A DNA stretch of 63,103 nucleotides from an uncultured Chromatiales bacterium (GCA_964602805.1 CAZRSJ010000005.1:1-63103), one strand, 5' to 3'; positions 44,548 through 53,838 are shown, numbered from the stretch's first letter. The notes: a model not told the origin generated them from the letters alone. Numbers and translations: made by a program.

Positions 44548-45279
44548 TCAGTCAATCCGCGTTCCGCGGTGGATAGCTACAATTCCGGCGCTTAGGTTGA
44601 AGTACTGGCAGGAAGCAAACCCTGCAGCGCGCATCATCTCGCGCAAGGTCCGTTGGTCCGGATGTACGGCGATGGATTCCGCCAGGTAGCGGTAGCTGTC
44701 GCGATCCCCGGCCACCAGTTCGCCTAGTTTCGGCACGGCCTGGTGCGTGTACGCATGGTAGAGCGGCTCCAGCCAAGCGGCCGGTTGGGAGAATTCGAGC
44801 ACGACCGCCAGTCCGCCGGGACGCAGCACCCGGTACATTTCTTGCAGGCAGGCCGAGGGATTCGTGAAATTGCGCAGGCCGAACCCGACCAGAACCCGGT
44901 CGAACGACTCCGACTCGAAAGGAAGCGCCATCGCATTGCCCTGTACGGCTGGAATATCCGTCAAACCTTCGTCCAGCAGCCGGTCCCGACCCTGAGTCAG
45001 CATGCCGTTGCTGAAGTCGCATAGGATCACCTGTCCTTCCGGGCCGACCTTCGAGCGAACCAGCCGGGCCAAGTCGCCGGTGCCACCAGCGAGATCCAGC
45101 ACACGTTGGCCCTCCCGGAGTTGCGCGAGCAGCGCAAACGTGCGTTTCCAGACCCGGTGCAGCCCGAACGACATCAGGTCGTTCATCAGGTCGTAGCGGA
45201 ACGCCACCGACTCGAACACCTCGTTTACAAGGCGGGTTTTCTCGTCCGGCTCAACCTCCCGGTAGCCAAAGCGCGCCAT
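44548..45279 (-). CDS. ubiE: ubiquinone/menaquinone C-methyltransferase UbiE
   Basis: 243 aa. VFESVAFRYDLMNDLMSFGLHRVWKR, SAM motif VLDLAGGTGDL, GFGLRN. Confidence 0.95.
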   Translation of the reverse strand: MARFGYREVEPDEKTRLVNEVFESVAFRYDLMNDLMSFGLHRVWKRTFALLAQLREGQRVLDLAGGTGDLARLVRSKVGPEGQVILCDFSNGMLTQGRDRLLDEGLTDIPAVQGNAMALPFESESFDRVLVGFGLRNFTNPSACLQEMYRVLRPGGLAVVLEFSQPAAWLEPLYHAYTHQAVPKLGELVAGDRDSYRYLAESIAVHPDQRTLREMMRAAGFASCQYFNLSAGIVAIHRGTRID

Positions 45280-45283
45280 AGGA

Positions 45284-45649
45284 CTAGTTCTCCGTGACCT
45301 TCCGCTCGATTCCGGCCTCTTTCAGGCGATCTAGGTAACGTTGCCAGCGCATCTCAAAATCGCGGCCCAGTTCGTACAGGTAGTCCCAGGAATAAATGCC
45401 CGTGTCATGGCCGTCGCTGAACACCAGTTTCACCGCATAGTGACCGACCGGTTCGATCGCATCGATGGCGACGTCTTCCTTGCCGACCTGCAGGGTTTCC
45501 TCTCCCGGACCGTGGCCCATGACTTCGGCTGAAGGCGAATGTACCCGGAGGTATTCGCAACTCAGTTGAAAGCGCTCTTCGCCGAACGCGAGTTCCAGGA
45601 CCCGGGAACGTTGATGCAAATGCAGTTCTGTCGGAGTGTTTTGGCTCAT
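45284..45649 (-). CDS. DUF971 family protein
   Basis: 121 aa. LSCEYLRVHSPSAEV ... YSWDYLYELG pattern typical of DUF971. Confidence 0.7.
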   Translation of the reverse strand: MSQNTPTELHLHQRSRVLELAFGEERFQLSCEYLRVHSPSAEVMGHGPGEETLQVGKEDVAIDAIEPVGHYAVKLVFSDGHDTGIYSWDYLYELGRDFEMRWQRYLDRLKEAGIERKVTEN

Positions 45650-45666
45650 CCCTGTATTTTAGGAGC

Positions 45667-46575
45667 TTAATCCCGCCGCCGTGCTCGCGGATGCGCGGAA
45701 TCGTAGGTCTGGGCTAGGTGCTGATAATCGAGGTGTGTGTAAATCTGCGTGGTGCTGATGCGGCGGTGCCCCAGCAATTCCTGCACGGCGCGCAGGTCGC
45801 CGGAGGATTCCAGCAGGTGGCTGGCGAAGGAATGGCGGAACAAGTGAGGATGCAACGCTTGGTCGCTTCCTGAGGCACAGCCAAACTGGCGCAGGCGCAT
45901 CTGTACGTTACGGGCCGACAGGCGCCGTCCCCGCTGACCCACAAACAGCGCGGTCTCCTCGGAATGCGCCATTTTCCCACGTACATCAAGCCAACCGCGC
46001 AAAGCCTTCAGCGCCATGCGGCCAACCGGCAGCTTCCGTTCCACCCGGCCTTTGCCGAGGACCAAAACTTCTCCTGCCGCCATATCCAGGTCATTGCAAT
46101 CCAGCCCTACCAGTTCGGACAGGCGCATACCACTGGAATACAAGAGCTCGAACATGGCCAGATCCCGGTATCCCAGCGGGCCATTCGGCGTCGAATCCAG
46201 CAGGCGCATAACGGCATCGACATCCAGCACCTTGGGAAGCGTCCGGGGCTGCCGAGGGGCTCGAACCCCGCTTGCCGGATTGTCCGCCCGGCGATGAGTC
46301 GCCACCAGATGATCGTAGAATCCGCGCAACGCCGACAGGACGCGCTGGATGGACCGCGGAGATCGCCCCTGTCGGAACAAATGCGCGGCATAGCGCTGAA
46401 CGTCGCCTTCATGCGCCTCGGCGGGTTCGGCCGATTGTTCGCCGAGCCAGCGGATGAATTGCCGGATATCGCTGGTGTAGCCAGCGACAGTGTGTATCGA
46501 GTAATTACGTTCCCAGCGCAACTTGGCTTGGAATTCCTCCAGCCACTTTTTCGAGTCTTCTTCGAGTTTGCTCAT
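45667..46575 (-). CDS. xerC: tyrosine recombinase XerC
   Basis: Internal Met MSKLEEDSKKWLEEF of ORF 45667..46908. Catalytic motifs (MRLSELVGL, HLFRHSFASHLL, LLGHRRISTTQIYTH). 4-nt overlap with the DUF484 gene. Confidence 0.9.
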   Translation of the reverse strand: MSKLEEDSKKWLEEFQAKLRWERNYSIHTVAGYTSDIRQFIRWLGEQSAEPAEAHEGDVQRYAAHLFRQGRSPRSIQRVLSALRGFYDHLVATHRRADNPASGVRAPRQPRTLPKVLDVDAVMRLLDSTPNGPLGYRDLAMFELLYSSGMRLSELVGLDCNDLDMAAGEVLVLGKGRVERKLPVGRMALKALRGWLDVRGKMAHSEETALFVGQRGRRLSARNVQMRLRQFGCASGSDQALHPHLFRHSFASHLLESSGDLRAVQELLGHRRISTTQIYTHLDYQHLAQTYDSAHPRARRRD

Positions 46576-47255
46576 GGAGACTTCCGAGGCTCGCAAAACC
46601 GGTCGATCAAGGCTGCCGTGAGATCGGCCACATGCAGGAGCAAAGTGGTGTCGCCTTCGCGGTCGATGCCCGGCGGCAGTTCCCGACAGAGTATGCCGAA
46701 GCGCCGTCTCCGCTTCAGGGGTGCAATGACCAAGGTATCCGAATCCGCGCTTGATTTCGGCCATAGCATCTGTACGGTCTCGCGGTCCGTCAGGATCTGC
46801 GGGCCCTTCCGGAACACGGTCATGATCGCGCGCACCAGGGGCGGGTGTTCGGGAATCTTGTATTTGGCGGCAACGCGTGGGATTTCCGGTCGCAGCCGGA
46901 TCGCCCAACCGGCATTCGGGAAATGGCGAAGCAGGCGCTTTTCCTGTGCCTGAATCGCGGTTCCCAGGGAGCTCGGGCGATCCTGCAGGCTTTCCGCCGC
47001 CAGGATCAGGGCATGGTCGATCAGCTTCTGGTTGCGGCTGGCCATCTGGAACAAGGCTTCCAGATGTGCATTGTGTTCTCGCAGCCGGCGGGCCTGGTAC
47101 GCCTGAAACGAAATAGTGCCGTCCGAATCCCGCGGCAACTGCATCTGCTCCAGCAGTTCCGGCCGGCCAGCTAGGAAATTAGGGTGTTTTTCGAGCCAAG
47201 CCTGAACCTGTGCCGCGGACAGCTCGCGTGGCGCAGATTTGGACTTCGGGCTCAT
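46572..47255 (-). CDS. DUF484 family protein (YigA-like)
   Basis: Internal Met MSPKSKSAPRELSAAQVQAWLEKHPNFLAGRPELL of ORF 46572..47861. Conserved dapF-DUF484-xerC order. ATGA overlap with dapF. Confidence 0.8.
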   Translation of the reverse strand: MSPKSKSAPRELSAAQVQAWLEKHPNFLAGRPELLEQMQLPRDSDGTISFQAYQARRLREHNAHLEALFQMASRNQKLIDHALILAAESLQDRPSSLGTAIQAQEKRLLRHFPNAGWAIRLRPEIPRVAAKYKIPEHPPLVRAIMTVFRKGPQILTDRETVQMLWPKSSADSDTLVIAPLKRRRRFGILCRELPPGIDREGDTTLLLHVADLTAALIDRFCEPRKSP

Positions 47256-48082
47256 AATTCCACGGAACCAGTATAGGCATACTCCGCACTGCCCCGCAAC
47301 ACCACCGGCTGGCCTTCGCCTTCCCAGTTCACCTGAAGGTCTCCGCCGGGAAGCGACACTACGACATCCTCCTGAAGCTCTCCCGCCAGCCGGCCTGCGA
47401 CTACTGCTGCGCAAGCCCCGGTACCGCAACCCGGAGTCTCGCCGACCCCGCGCTCCCATACCCGCAGCCGGATATGCCGAGGCGTGGAGATTTCCATGAA
47501 GCCCACATTGGCATGCCGGGGGAATCTCGGATGGGTCTCGATCCGGGGCCCCAGGATGTTCACCGGCGCACTGCCGATCGCATCGACGGTCAGCACCGCA
47601 TGGGGATTGCCCATGGAAACCACGGCAATCGAATATTCTTTTCCGCCCACCTCCAAGACGTAAGCGGGGTGGCGGCCTCGATTCGAAAAGGGAATTTCGT
47701 CCGGTTCCAGCCTCGGGGTGCCCATATTGACGCTCACCGAGCCGTCGTCGTGCAGTTGCAGGATGACTTCCCCCGAAGGCGCGCGCGCGCGCTGGTTCGA
47801 GGCATCTGCATACTTTCGATCGGCAGCATAGCGGCCCAAGCAGCGTGCGCCATTGCCGCATTGCTCCACTGACTGGCCGTCGGCATTGTAGATCCGGTAG
47901 GAAAAATGGATGTCAGGGTCCGGATCCGAGTCCAGGAACAACACCTGATCACACCCGACCCCGACGCGGCGGTCCGCGATTCTCCGCAATTGGGCTACCG
48001 TCAGGGAAACCTCACGGTCCCAAGCATCAAGGACGACGAAGTCGTTGCCCAGGCTGTGCATTTTGGTGAAGTCGAGCCGCAT
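47252..48082 (-). CDS. dapF: diaminopimelate epimerase
   Basis: 276 aa. MRLDFTKMHSLGNDFVVLD, active-site Cys motifs NADGQSVEQCGNGARC and GVGETPGCGTGACA. Confidence 0.95.
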   Translation of the reverse strand: MRLDFTKMHSLGNDFVVLDAWDREVSLTVAQLRRIADRRVGVGCDQVLFLDSDPDPDIHFSYRIYNADGQSVEQCGNGARCLGRYAADRKYADASNQRARAPSGEVILQLHDDGSVSVNMGTPRLEPDEIPFSNRGRHPAYVLEVGGKEYSIAVVSMGNPHAVLTVDAIGSAPVNILGPRIETHPRFPRHANVGFMEISTPRHIRLRVWERGVGETPGCGTGACAAVVAGRLAGELQEDVVVSLPGGDLQVNWEGEGQPVVLRGSAEYAYTGSVEL

Positions 48083-48165
48083 CGCTGCATTTTACTTTAG
48101 GGTTAGCACATGGACACGTGCACGGCACAAACATGGCCTAGATCGCGTCCGACCAATCGTATTTC

Positions 48166-48193
48166 TTGACAAATTAGCAATTCGGTTTACAAT
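48166..48193 (+). promoter_or_regulatory. sigma70-type promoter candidate for the XRE-ImmA gene
   Basis: TTGACA (48166-48171), 16-nt spacer, TACAAT (48188-48193). It lies 37 nt upstream of ATG 48231. Confidence 0.5.
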
Positions 48194-48230
48194 ATTAAAA
48201 TTCCTTTGAATTCTATAAACCGAGTTTAAT

Positions 48231-49298
48231 ATGATCGGCGCACGCTTGAAGCGGGCACGGGCGGCTTCTGGTCTGTCGATGAAAGCGTTGGGCGAGCAGG
48301 CCGGGGTCAGTGCCAACATGATTAAGAAATATGAGCATGATGTAAGTATGCCCAGTTCTGGAGTGCTGCTCAAACTAGGGCAGGCACTGGATGTTCGCTC
48401 TGAATATTTCTTTCGCCCGGTGAATGTAGAACTCACTCGGGTTGAATACCGAAAACGTGCCAATACCCCAGTATCCGTGCTCAAACGGATAGAGGCAGAC
48501 GTGCTGGAGCAAGCCGAGCGCTGGCAGGAACTAGCCAATCTTTGGCCACAATTTCCAGTTTCCAAGTTTGACCAAGTTCAAAACCTACCGGACTGCTTGA
48601 ATGACTTGAAACAGATTGAAAAAGTGGCGGAACGGGTGCGGACGGTATGGAAACTTGGCATGAATCCGATTCCGGACCTAGTCGACCTGCTTGAGTCGCA
48701 TGGAGTGTTGGTAATCGTCACACAAGTGGAAGATCAGACGAAATTCAGCGGCCTTCAGGCGGTGGTGGCCAAACAACCGGTGATTGTGATTTCAGCCAAC
48801 TGGCCAGGAGATCATCAGCGCTTCACATTGGCTCATGAGCTTGGTCACCTGCTCCTGCACAAACGCCTCGACCCGGTACTGGATGAAGAAAAAGCTTGCA
48901 ACCGATTTGCCGGAGCTTTTCTGCTGCCTGCGACCAGTACTCGGCAGCAACTTGGAAAGAAGCGCCATAGCCTAGAAATGTACGAACTATTTCTTCTGAA
49001 GCATGAATTTGGGTTGAGTATGCAGGCGTGTCTATATCGGGCAGCCGACTTGGGGATTATTGACGAATCCGTGTGCAAGCGCCTATTCATGCGTTTCTCT
49101 TCGCAGGGGTGGCGCAAAAAGGAACCCGGCAAAGCTTGCCCAGGCGAACGAACAGTTCTGTTCCAGCAACTAGTTCATCGCGCCTTAGGCGAAGGCATCA
49201 TCAATGAATCAAAAGCGGCCGAATTGCTGAAGACTTCTCTTATGGCCTTCCGCAAAATGCGAAATTTGGAGTCTTTCAGTGCAGGTTTTCAGTTGTGA
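48231..49298 (+). CDS. XRE-family HTH fused to ImmA/IrrE-type (M78, COG2856) zinc metallopeptidase
   Basis: 355 aa. N-terminal HTH (IGARLKRARAASGLSMKALGEQAGVSANMIKKYEHD) and HExxH FTLAHELGHLLLH in the C-terminal half. Confidence 0.85.
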   Translation: MIGARLKRARAASGLSMKALGEQAGVSANMIKKYEHDVSMPSSGVLLKLGQALDVRSEYFFRPVNVELTRVEYRKRANTPVSVLKRIEADVLEQAERWQELANLWPQFPVSKFDQVQNLPDCLNDLKQIEKVAERVRTVWKLGMNPIPDLVDLLESHGVLVIVTQVEDQTKFSGLQAVVAKQPVIVISANWPGDHQRFTLAHELGHLLLHKRLDPVLDEEKACNRFAGAFLLPATSTRQQLGKKRHSLEMYELFLLKHEFGLSMQACLYRAADLGIIDESVCKRLFMRFSSQGWRKKEPGKACPGERTVLFQQLVHRALGEGIINESKAAELLKTSLMAFRKMRNLESFSAGFQL

Positions 49299-49761
49299 TG
49301 CCAATATTTTTATCGATTTGGAAGAGGGAGAAGTTTTAGATTTTCTCTTCCAGCTTCCTCATCGATTTCTGGTTCCAGACATCCTCTTTGTGGAAGAGCT
49401 CCAAGAACAGCACAGTTATTTTCTTGACTTGGGCTTGGGCCTTGGCGAATTGTCTCCTCAATCAATGGCCGATGCGGGCGAACTAATACAACGATACGGC
49501 GGCTCATGCAGCAGAAACGACTGCTTCGCTCTCGCACTAGCTAGACAGGAACAATGTGTACTACTCACCGGTGACCACGGTCTGAGGAATGCAGCAGAAA
49601 CGGAATCCACACCAGTAAGGGGAACGATTTGGGTGATCGAGCACCTCATCAAGCATAGGATGATCACCAAGCAACGCGCCCTTTCGGTCTATCAGGCCAT
49701 GCAGGTAAGAGGCCGACGCCTGCCATGGGATCTAGCCTACCGGCGATTGAGGAATCTCTGA
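49279..49761 (+). CDS. PIN-like domain protein (DUF3368/DUF4411-like putative toxin)
   Basis: 160 aa (GTG start, 20-nt overlap upstream). Acidic residues in PIN-like positions (CDANIFIDLEE, LLTGD) and a C-terminal GTIWVIEHLIKHRMI helix. Confidence 0.55.
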   Translation: MQVFSCDANIFIDLEEGEVLDFLFQLPHRFLVPDILFVEELQEQHSYFLDLGLGLGELSPQSMADAGELIQRYGGSCSRNDCFALALARQEQCVLLTGDHGLRNAAETESTPVRGTIWVIEHLIKHRMITKQRALSVYQAMQVRGRRLPWDLAYRRLRNL

Positions 49762-49782
49762 CGGATCCGGAATTGAAGATTC

Positions 49783-50583
49783 TCAGCCTTCCATGTTTGT
49801 GACTAGTAATTCTGTCGACCGCGAACGATGTGATGCCTGCCCAGCGATAACACTATGCCGTTCTAACTGAGTATGCTGGCCAAAATCTTTGTAAAGAGCC
49901 CTCACGCTCTCATGATCTGCATTAGTCATTGCGAAATTGACACCCCGGCTGACAGCACGATGTAAAGCTTCGCACAGCCGAATTTGGTCTTCCCAAGCAA
50001 ATATTTTTTGGTTGTATTTAACAAAGCCGTTCAGATTGTGGCGCACCGTGTAAGGAGGATCAACAAATAAAAAGTCGCCTCTTTGTGCTGCATCAATGGT
50101 TGCCTCGAAGTCTTGATGTACAAGTGTCGCGTTTTTTAGCGCCTTTGACCATGCTTTGAAATCCTCATTGGGGAAAATGACTGTTTGCTTAGTGCCGACC
50201 GGCACATTGAATTGCCCATGCTTGTTTTCGCGATAAAGACCATTCCAGCAGGTTCGATTAAGGTACATGAATTGTGCGGCGCGGGTTACTGGTTTACGTA
50301 AACACTTTGACCGCATTTCATAATAATATTCTATGGAATGTCGAGCCGCATGTTGCATAAGGAAACACTCAAACTCCTCTAGTTCATCTCGAATCACGGT
50401 ATACAGTTCGATCAATCGCCCATTGATGTCCCCGAGCAATGCACCGAGTGGCTGGATTTTGAAGAAAGCCGCACCCCCGCCTAGAAATGGCTCAATATAT
50501 TTGCCTTTGAATTCAGGAGGAGAAAATTGGCCGCTTTCAAACAACCAACGCTTTCCACCAGCCCACTTAAGAAAGGGATTCAT
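49783..50583 (-). CDS. Dam-class (D12, alpha-group) N6-adenine DNA methyltransferase
   Basis: 266 aa. MNPFLKWAGGKRWL, motif I EPFLGGGAAF, motif IV FLFVDPPYT. Confidence 0.9.
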   Translation of the reverse strand: MNPFLKWAGGKRWLFESGQFSPPEFKGKYIEPFLGGGAAFFKIQPLGALLGDINGRLIELYTVIRDELEEFECFLMQHAARHSIEYYYEMRSKCLRKPVTRAAQFMYLNRTCWNGLYRENKHGQFNVPVGTKQTVIFPNEDFKAWSKALKNATLVHQDFEATIDAAQRGDFLFVDPPYTVRHNLNGFVKYNQKIFAWEDQIRLCEALHRAVSRGVNFAMTNADHESVRALYKDFGQHTQLERHSVIAGQASHRSRSTELLVTNMEG

Positions 50584-50594
50584 GGCGATCTACA

Positions 50595-52949
50595 CTATTT
50601 AGGGAACTTCGGAGAAACTTCTTTTTTCAGCCACCCGACAAATTCGAGATCTTCATCCGTATAGGTCTTGAATTGGTTTTTGTGTGCCGCGATGTTACGC
50701 AATTTATTAAAAACCTGAATCCAACCGAGATAATATTTTTGTCCGAGGCGTTCATTAGGCATTGGGTTCTTAAAAACATGCTTGAAATGATCCCAATTGT
50801 TTGGCTGCTTCACAATTTCCACAAAGTCTACAACATCTAGGTAAGCTTCTTTCGGTTTCCGGCGATCTTTATCTTCTCTTTGCTGTTTGGTGAAAGCATT
50901 CTTACGAATACGTTCGCTTTCTACACCAACCTCCCAATATGCAGGATCGCCGCTACCCAACCGCTCCGTGCCATGGATTTTTTTTAAAGTATTAATTACG
51001 TAATCTGTCATGCGTTCTGCCAATTTCATAAGAAAGCCATTCACCTCATCAATCTCATCTGAACTGCCTTGCTCTCTCCATCTCTGAAATTCCTCACTAC
51101 CAAAATCAGGATGTACGTCAGCAAGTGTCTGCATCAGATAGTATGTATATTCTTTCACCCCGCCCTCGCCAAATCGACGAGAGAATTGTGTCTTGATTAC
51201 ATCATCCGATGCGGTTTTGACAAAGTCAAACAACGGTTGGCAGAAATTGATAATCTGATTTGAAAAATCTTCTGGGCTCATCAAGTAGAAATCAAGCGAT
51301 TTCTTATGTGTCAAATACGTCACCACTTCTGCTATGGTGGATAAATGTGCACGAATGCCTGGGTTTGTAGCAATAAATTCATCTTTGCCTCCTTCCCAGC
51401 GCTTAGGGTTGGCCTTACGAACCTCTTCAAAGTAAGCACTCAATACTTGGAAAGCGCGTGCCACTGTTTTCTCATCGGTAGCATCCGATAACGGGCCATT
51501 CGCCAACGTTTTACCAGCAAGTCTTCCAATAAGGCCGGACCTTCTCAATCCCTTTACCACCTCGGATATAGTTAGATTCTGCGTGGGCCCGGGTGACACT
51601 CCGTGCACCGCAAAACGCCGTGCTAAGGGGCTTGATTTGTCTGTGTTCAATACACGCACAACGGCTGAGGCCAAGGCTGATAGTGCTGTTGAAGGATCGC
51701 TGTCTCCCATTCTGATGTCAGCTAAGAGACTGTCTAGTAAACCTCTTGGGACACTTTTTTGCTTGTGATTAATCGTGATAAACAAGTCGGCTTCCTTCTC
51801 TACTTCCATCTTCTCAAATGCCAAAACAAAAAGACTTTGATCAAGGAATTCATCGGATAAATGGGAGAATCCATACAATCTATGTTGGCCATCAATGACC
51901 CATGCAGATCGGTATTTCGACGGCAAGGTTATCCAGCCAAATTTAATGTTCGGGTCCGTATTCTCCCGATTAGATATCAAGTCAAATCGAGGCGAGTCAG
52001 AGAAATTCACCAGAATGTTTGTGGGGAAAAAGCCGCCTTTTTTGATAAATTCACCAATCCGTTTGATACGAGACGCTAATATCATCCGCTGATAGGCTGG
52101 GCGACCATCCGGGTGATTTAGTGCTTGGTGATTAATAAAAGAGATCTTTAATAAGCTTCTAGGCGTTGCCACAAAACTATAGAATTTCTCTCCACCAATT
52201 TTGCCGCGAATCGCGGGTAATTTGACGTTGCCTAAACCCGGAACTTTTTTGCCCTTTAGAAATTCTCCAAGTATCTGGTACTTGCCAGCAGGCCCCATGT
52301 GTTTCACAAAAGTTTGAAAATATTGGAGTTCATTTTCGGTTATTATTTCAATATTGCCATCACTAGCTCTTTCGATATCCTGCGAAGACCAAAGAATATT
52401 ATTCGTTGCGTAAACCCATATTATCTTGGGCTTTTCTCTACCACTATCAGCAAATCGTTTGTTGATAGTTGAGCGAAAATAATTTTGAAGCGATATGGTT
52501 TCCTGAAGGTCCTTTTGCAAAGAACGCCGGCCACGTTTTGCCCGAGACTTGCATTCAATAACGAGTGCCGTTTCTTCATCTTCGGCATATACATCGACTT
52601 GTTTCTTGCCTATAGAACCATCGGCACGTTGAAAATTAATTTTAAAATTAGCACCATTTAATATCTGGTACCCCATCAGATAAAACAAGCACCAAACACT
52701 ATCTTCGAGCAATTTGTTATGGCTCTTATTGCGCTTAAGCTGAGTAGAGCGTTTTCCATGCCGTTGGACTTCCCAACCTTTATCTTCTTCTTCTGGAACA
52801 TCTACGGGATGAACACTCTTTGCATCATATGTTCTTCTTCGTTTACGATACTCTGAAACACGTTTTGTCTCGTCTACAAGCAGTAAGAGAAAATTTGATT
52901 CCTCATCATCAACCTTTGGTTTGGTTTGTCCAGTTTCTTTTGCCATCAT
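50595..52949 (-). CDS. PD-(D/E)xK nuclease-like + DGQHR (DndB/ParB-like) + C-terminal HEPN fusion protein
   Basis: 784 aa. N-terminal KQVDVYAEDEETALVIECKS, central WVIDGQHRLYGF with FITINHKQKSV, C-terminal VFNKLRNIAAHKNQ (Rx4H). 11-nt gap to the methyltransferase gene. Confidence 0.75.
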   Translation of the reverse strand: MMAKETGQTKPKVDDEESNFLLLLVDETKRVSEYRKRRRTYDAKSVHPVDVPEEEDKGWEVQRHGKRSTQLKRNKSHNKLLEDSVWCLFYLMGYQILNGANFKINFQRADGSIGKKQVDVYAEDEETALVIECKSRAKRGRRSLQKDLQETISLQNYFRSTINKRFADSGREKPKIIWVYATNNILWSSQDIERASDGNIEIITENELQYFQTFVKHMGPAGKYQILGEFLKGKKVPGLGNVKLPAIRGKIGGEKFYSFVATPRSLLKISFINHQALNHPDGRPAYQRMILASRIKRIGEFIKKGGFFPTNILVNFSDSPRFDLISNRENTDPNIKFGWITLPSKYRSAWVIDGQHRLYGFSHLSDEFLDQSLFVLAFEKMEVEKEADLFITINHKQKSVPRGLLDSLLADIRMGDSDPSTALSALASAVVRVLNTDKSSPLARRFAVHGVSPGPTQNLTISEVVKGLRRSGLIGRLAGKTLANGPLSDATDEKTVARAFQVLSAYFEEVRKANPKRWEGGKDEFIATNPGIRAHLSTIAEVVTYLTHKKSLDFYLMSPEDFSNQIINFCQPLFDFVKTASDDVIKTQFSRRFGEGGVKEYTYYLMQTLADVHPDFGSEEFQRWREQGSSDEIDEVNGFLMKLAERMTDYVINTLKKIHGTERLGSGDPAYWEVGVESERIRKNAFTKQQREDKDRRKPKEAYLDVVDFVEIVKQPNNWDHFKHVFKNPMPNERLGQKYYLGWIQVFNKLRNIAAHKNQFKTYTDEDLEFVGWLKKEVSPKFPK

Positions 52950-53200
52950 TCGTTAGGAAAACATCTAAAGATGGCAAACGCACATTGTCCTTGACTACAG
53001 GATAACTCTGTACCATTCATAGCGGCTTTTCTTCGCGAAACTACCGGTTCGAAAAACTTGTGTGGGCTTTTTGTGTGGTCGCAATTCTTGGAAATGGGCA
53101 ACGACATAATGACAAAAATATTTACAAATGTCTAGGTGTGGTTGCCGCAAATTGGTACTCTAAAAGTTTAGAGTCCTAAAAATTTAGATCTGCTTTCGGT

Positions 53201-53229
53201 TTGCAAGGGTCACTGGATTTGGCTAGAAT
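53201..53229 (+). promoter_or_regulatory. sigma70-type promoter candidate for rplU-rpmA
   Basis: TTGCAA (53201-53206), 17-nt spacer, TAGAAT (53224-53229). It lies 30 nt upstream of the rplU ATG. Confidence 0.5.
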
Positions 53230-53258
53230 ACGCGCCCCCTGACGGTTCAATCCTTCTC

Positions 53259-53570
53259 ATGTACGCAGTCATCGAAACCGGCGGCAAGCAATACCGTGTC
53301 CAGCCCGGCGACATCATCCGGGTGGAGCGGCTTGCGAGCGAGCCCGGCGACAAGGTCGAATTCGATCGCGTGCTGCTGGTGGCGGACAAGAAGAAAACCC
53401 ACATCGGCACGCCGCATGTGGAAGGGGGGCGTGTCGCCGCCCAAGTGACCAGCCACGGCCGTGCGCCGAAGATCGAGGTGGTCAAATTCCGGCGGCGGAA
53501 GAATTCCCGGACCCGTACCGGGCACCGGCAGCATTGGACCGAACTCGAAATCAAAGATATCCAGGTGTGA
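53259..53570 (+). CDS. rplU: 50S ribosomal protein L21
   Basis: 103 aa. [18 protein letters not shown]. Confidence 0.95.
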   Translation: MYAVIETGGKQYRVQPGDIIRVERLASEPGDKVEFDRVLLVADKKKTHIGTPHVEGGRVAAQVTSHGRAPKIEVVKFRRRKNSRTRTGHRQHWTELEIKDIQV

Positions 53571-53577
53571 GGCAGCG

Positions 53578-53838
53578 ATGGCACACAAAAAATCAGGCGG
53601 CAGTTCCAGGAACGGGCGCGATTCCGAGTCCAAGCGGCTTGGCGTAAAACGCTTCGGCGGCCAGCAGGTTCGCGCCGGAACCATCTTGGTGCGTCAGCGT
53701 GGCACCCGTTACCGGCCCGGGTCTTTCGTCGGCTGCGGCCGCGACCACACCCTGTTCGCCAAGGTAGACGGGACCGTGGAATTCCGCTCCCGCGGGCGCG
53801 AAAGCCGTACGTACGTATCGGTCAACCCGGCCGGATAA
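53578..53838 (+). CDS. rpmA: 50S ribosomal protein L27
   Basis: Internal Met [28 protein letters not shown] of ORF 53461..53838. Confidence 0.95.
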   Translation: MAHKKSGGSSRNGRDSESKRLGVKRFGGQQVRAGTILVRQRGTRYRPGSFVGCGRDHTLFAKVDGTVEFRSRGRESRTYVSVNPAG

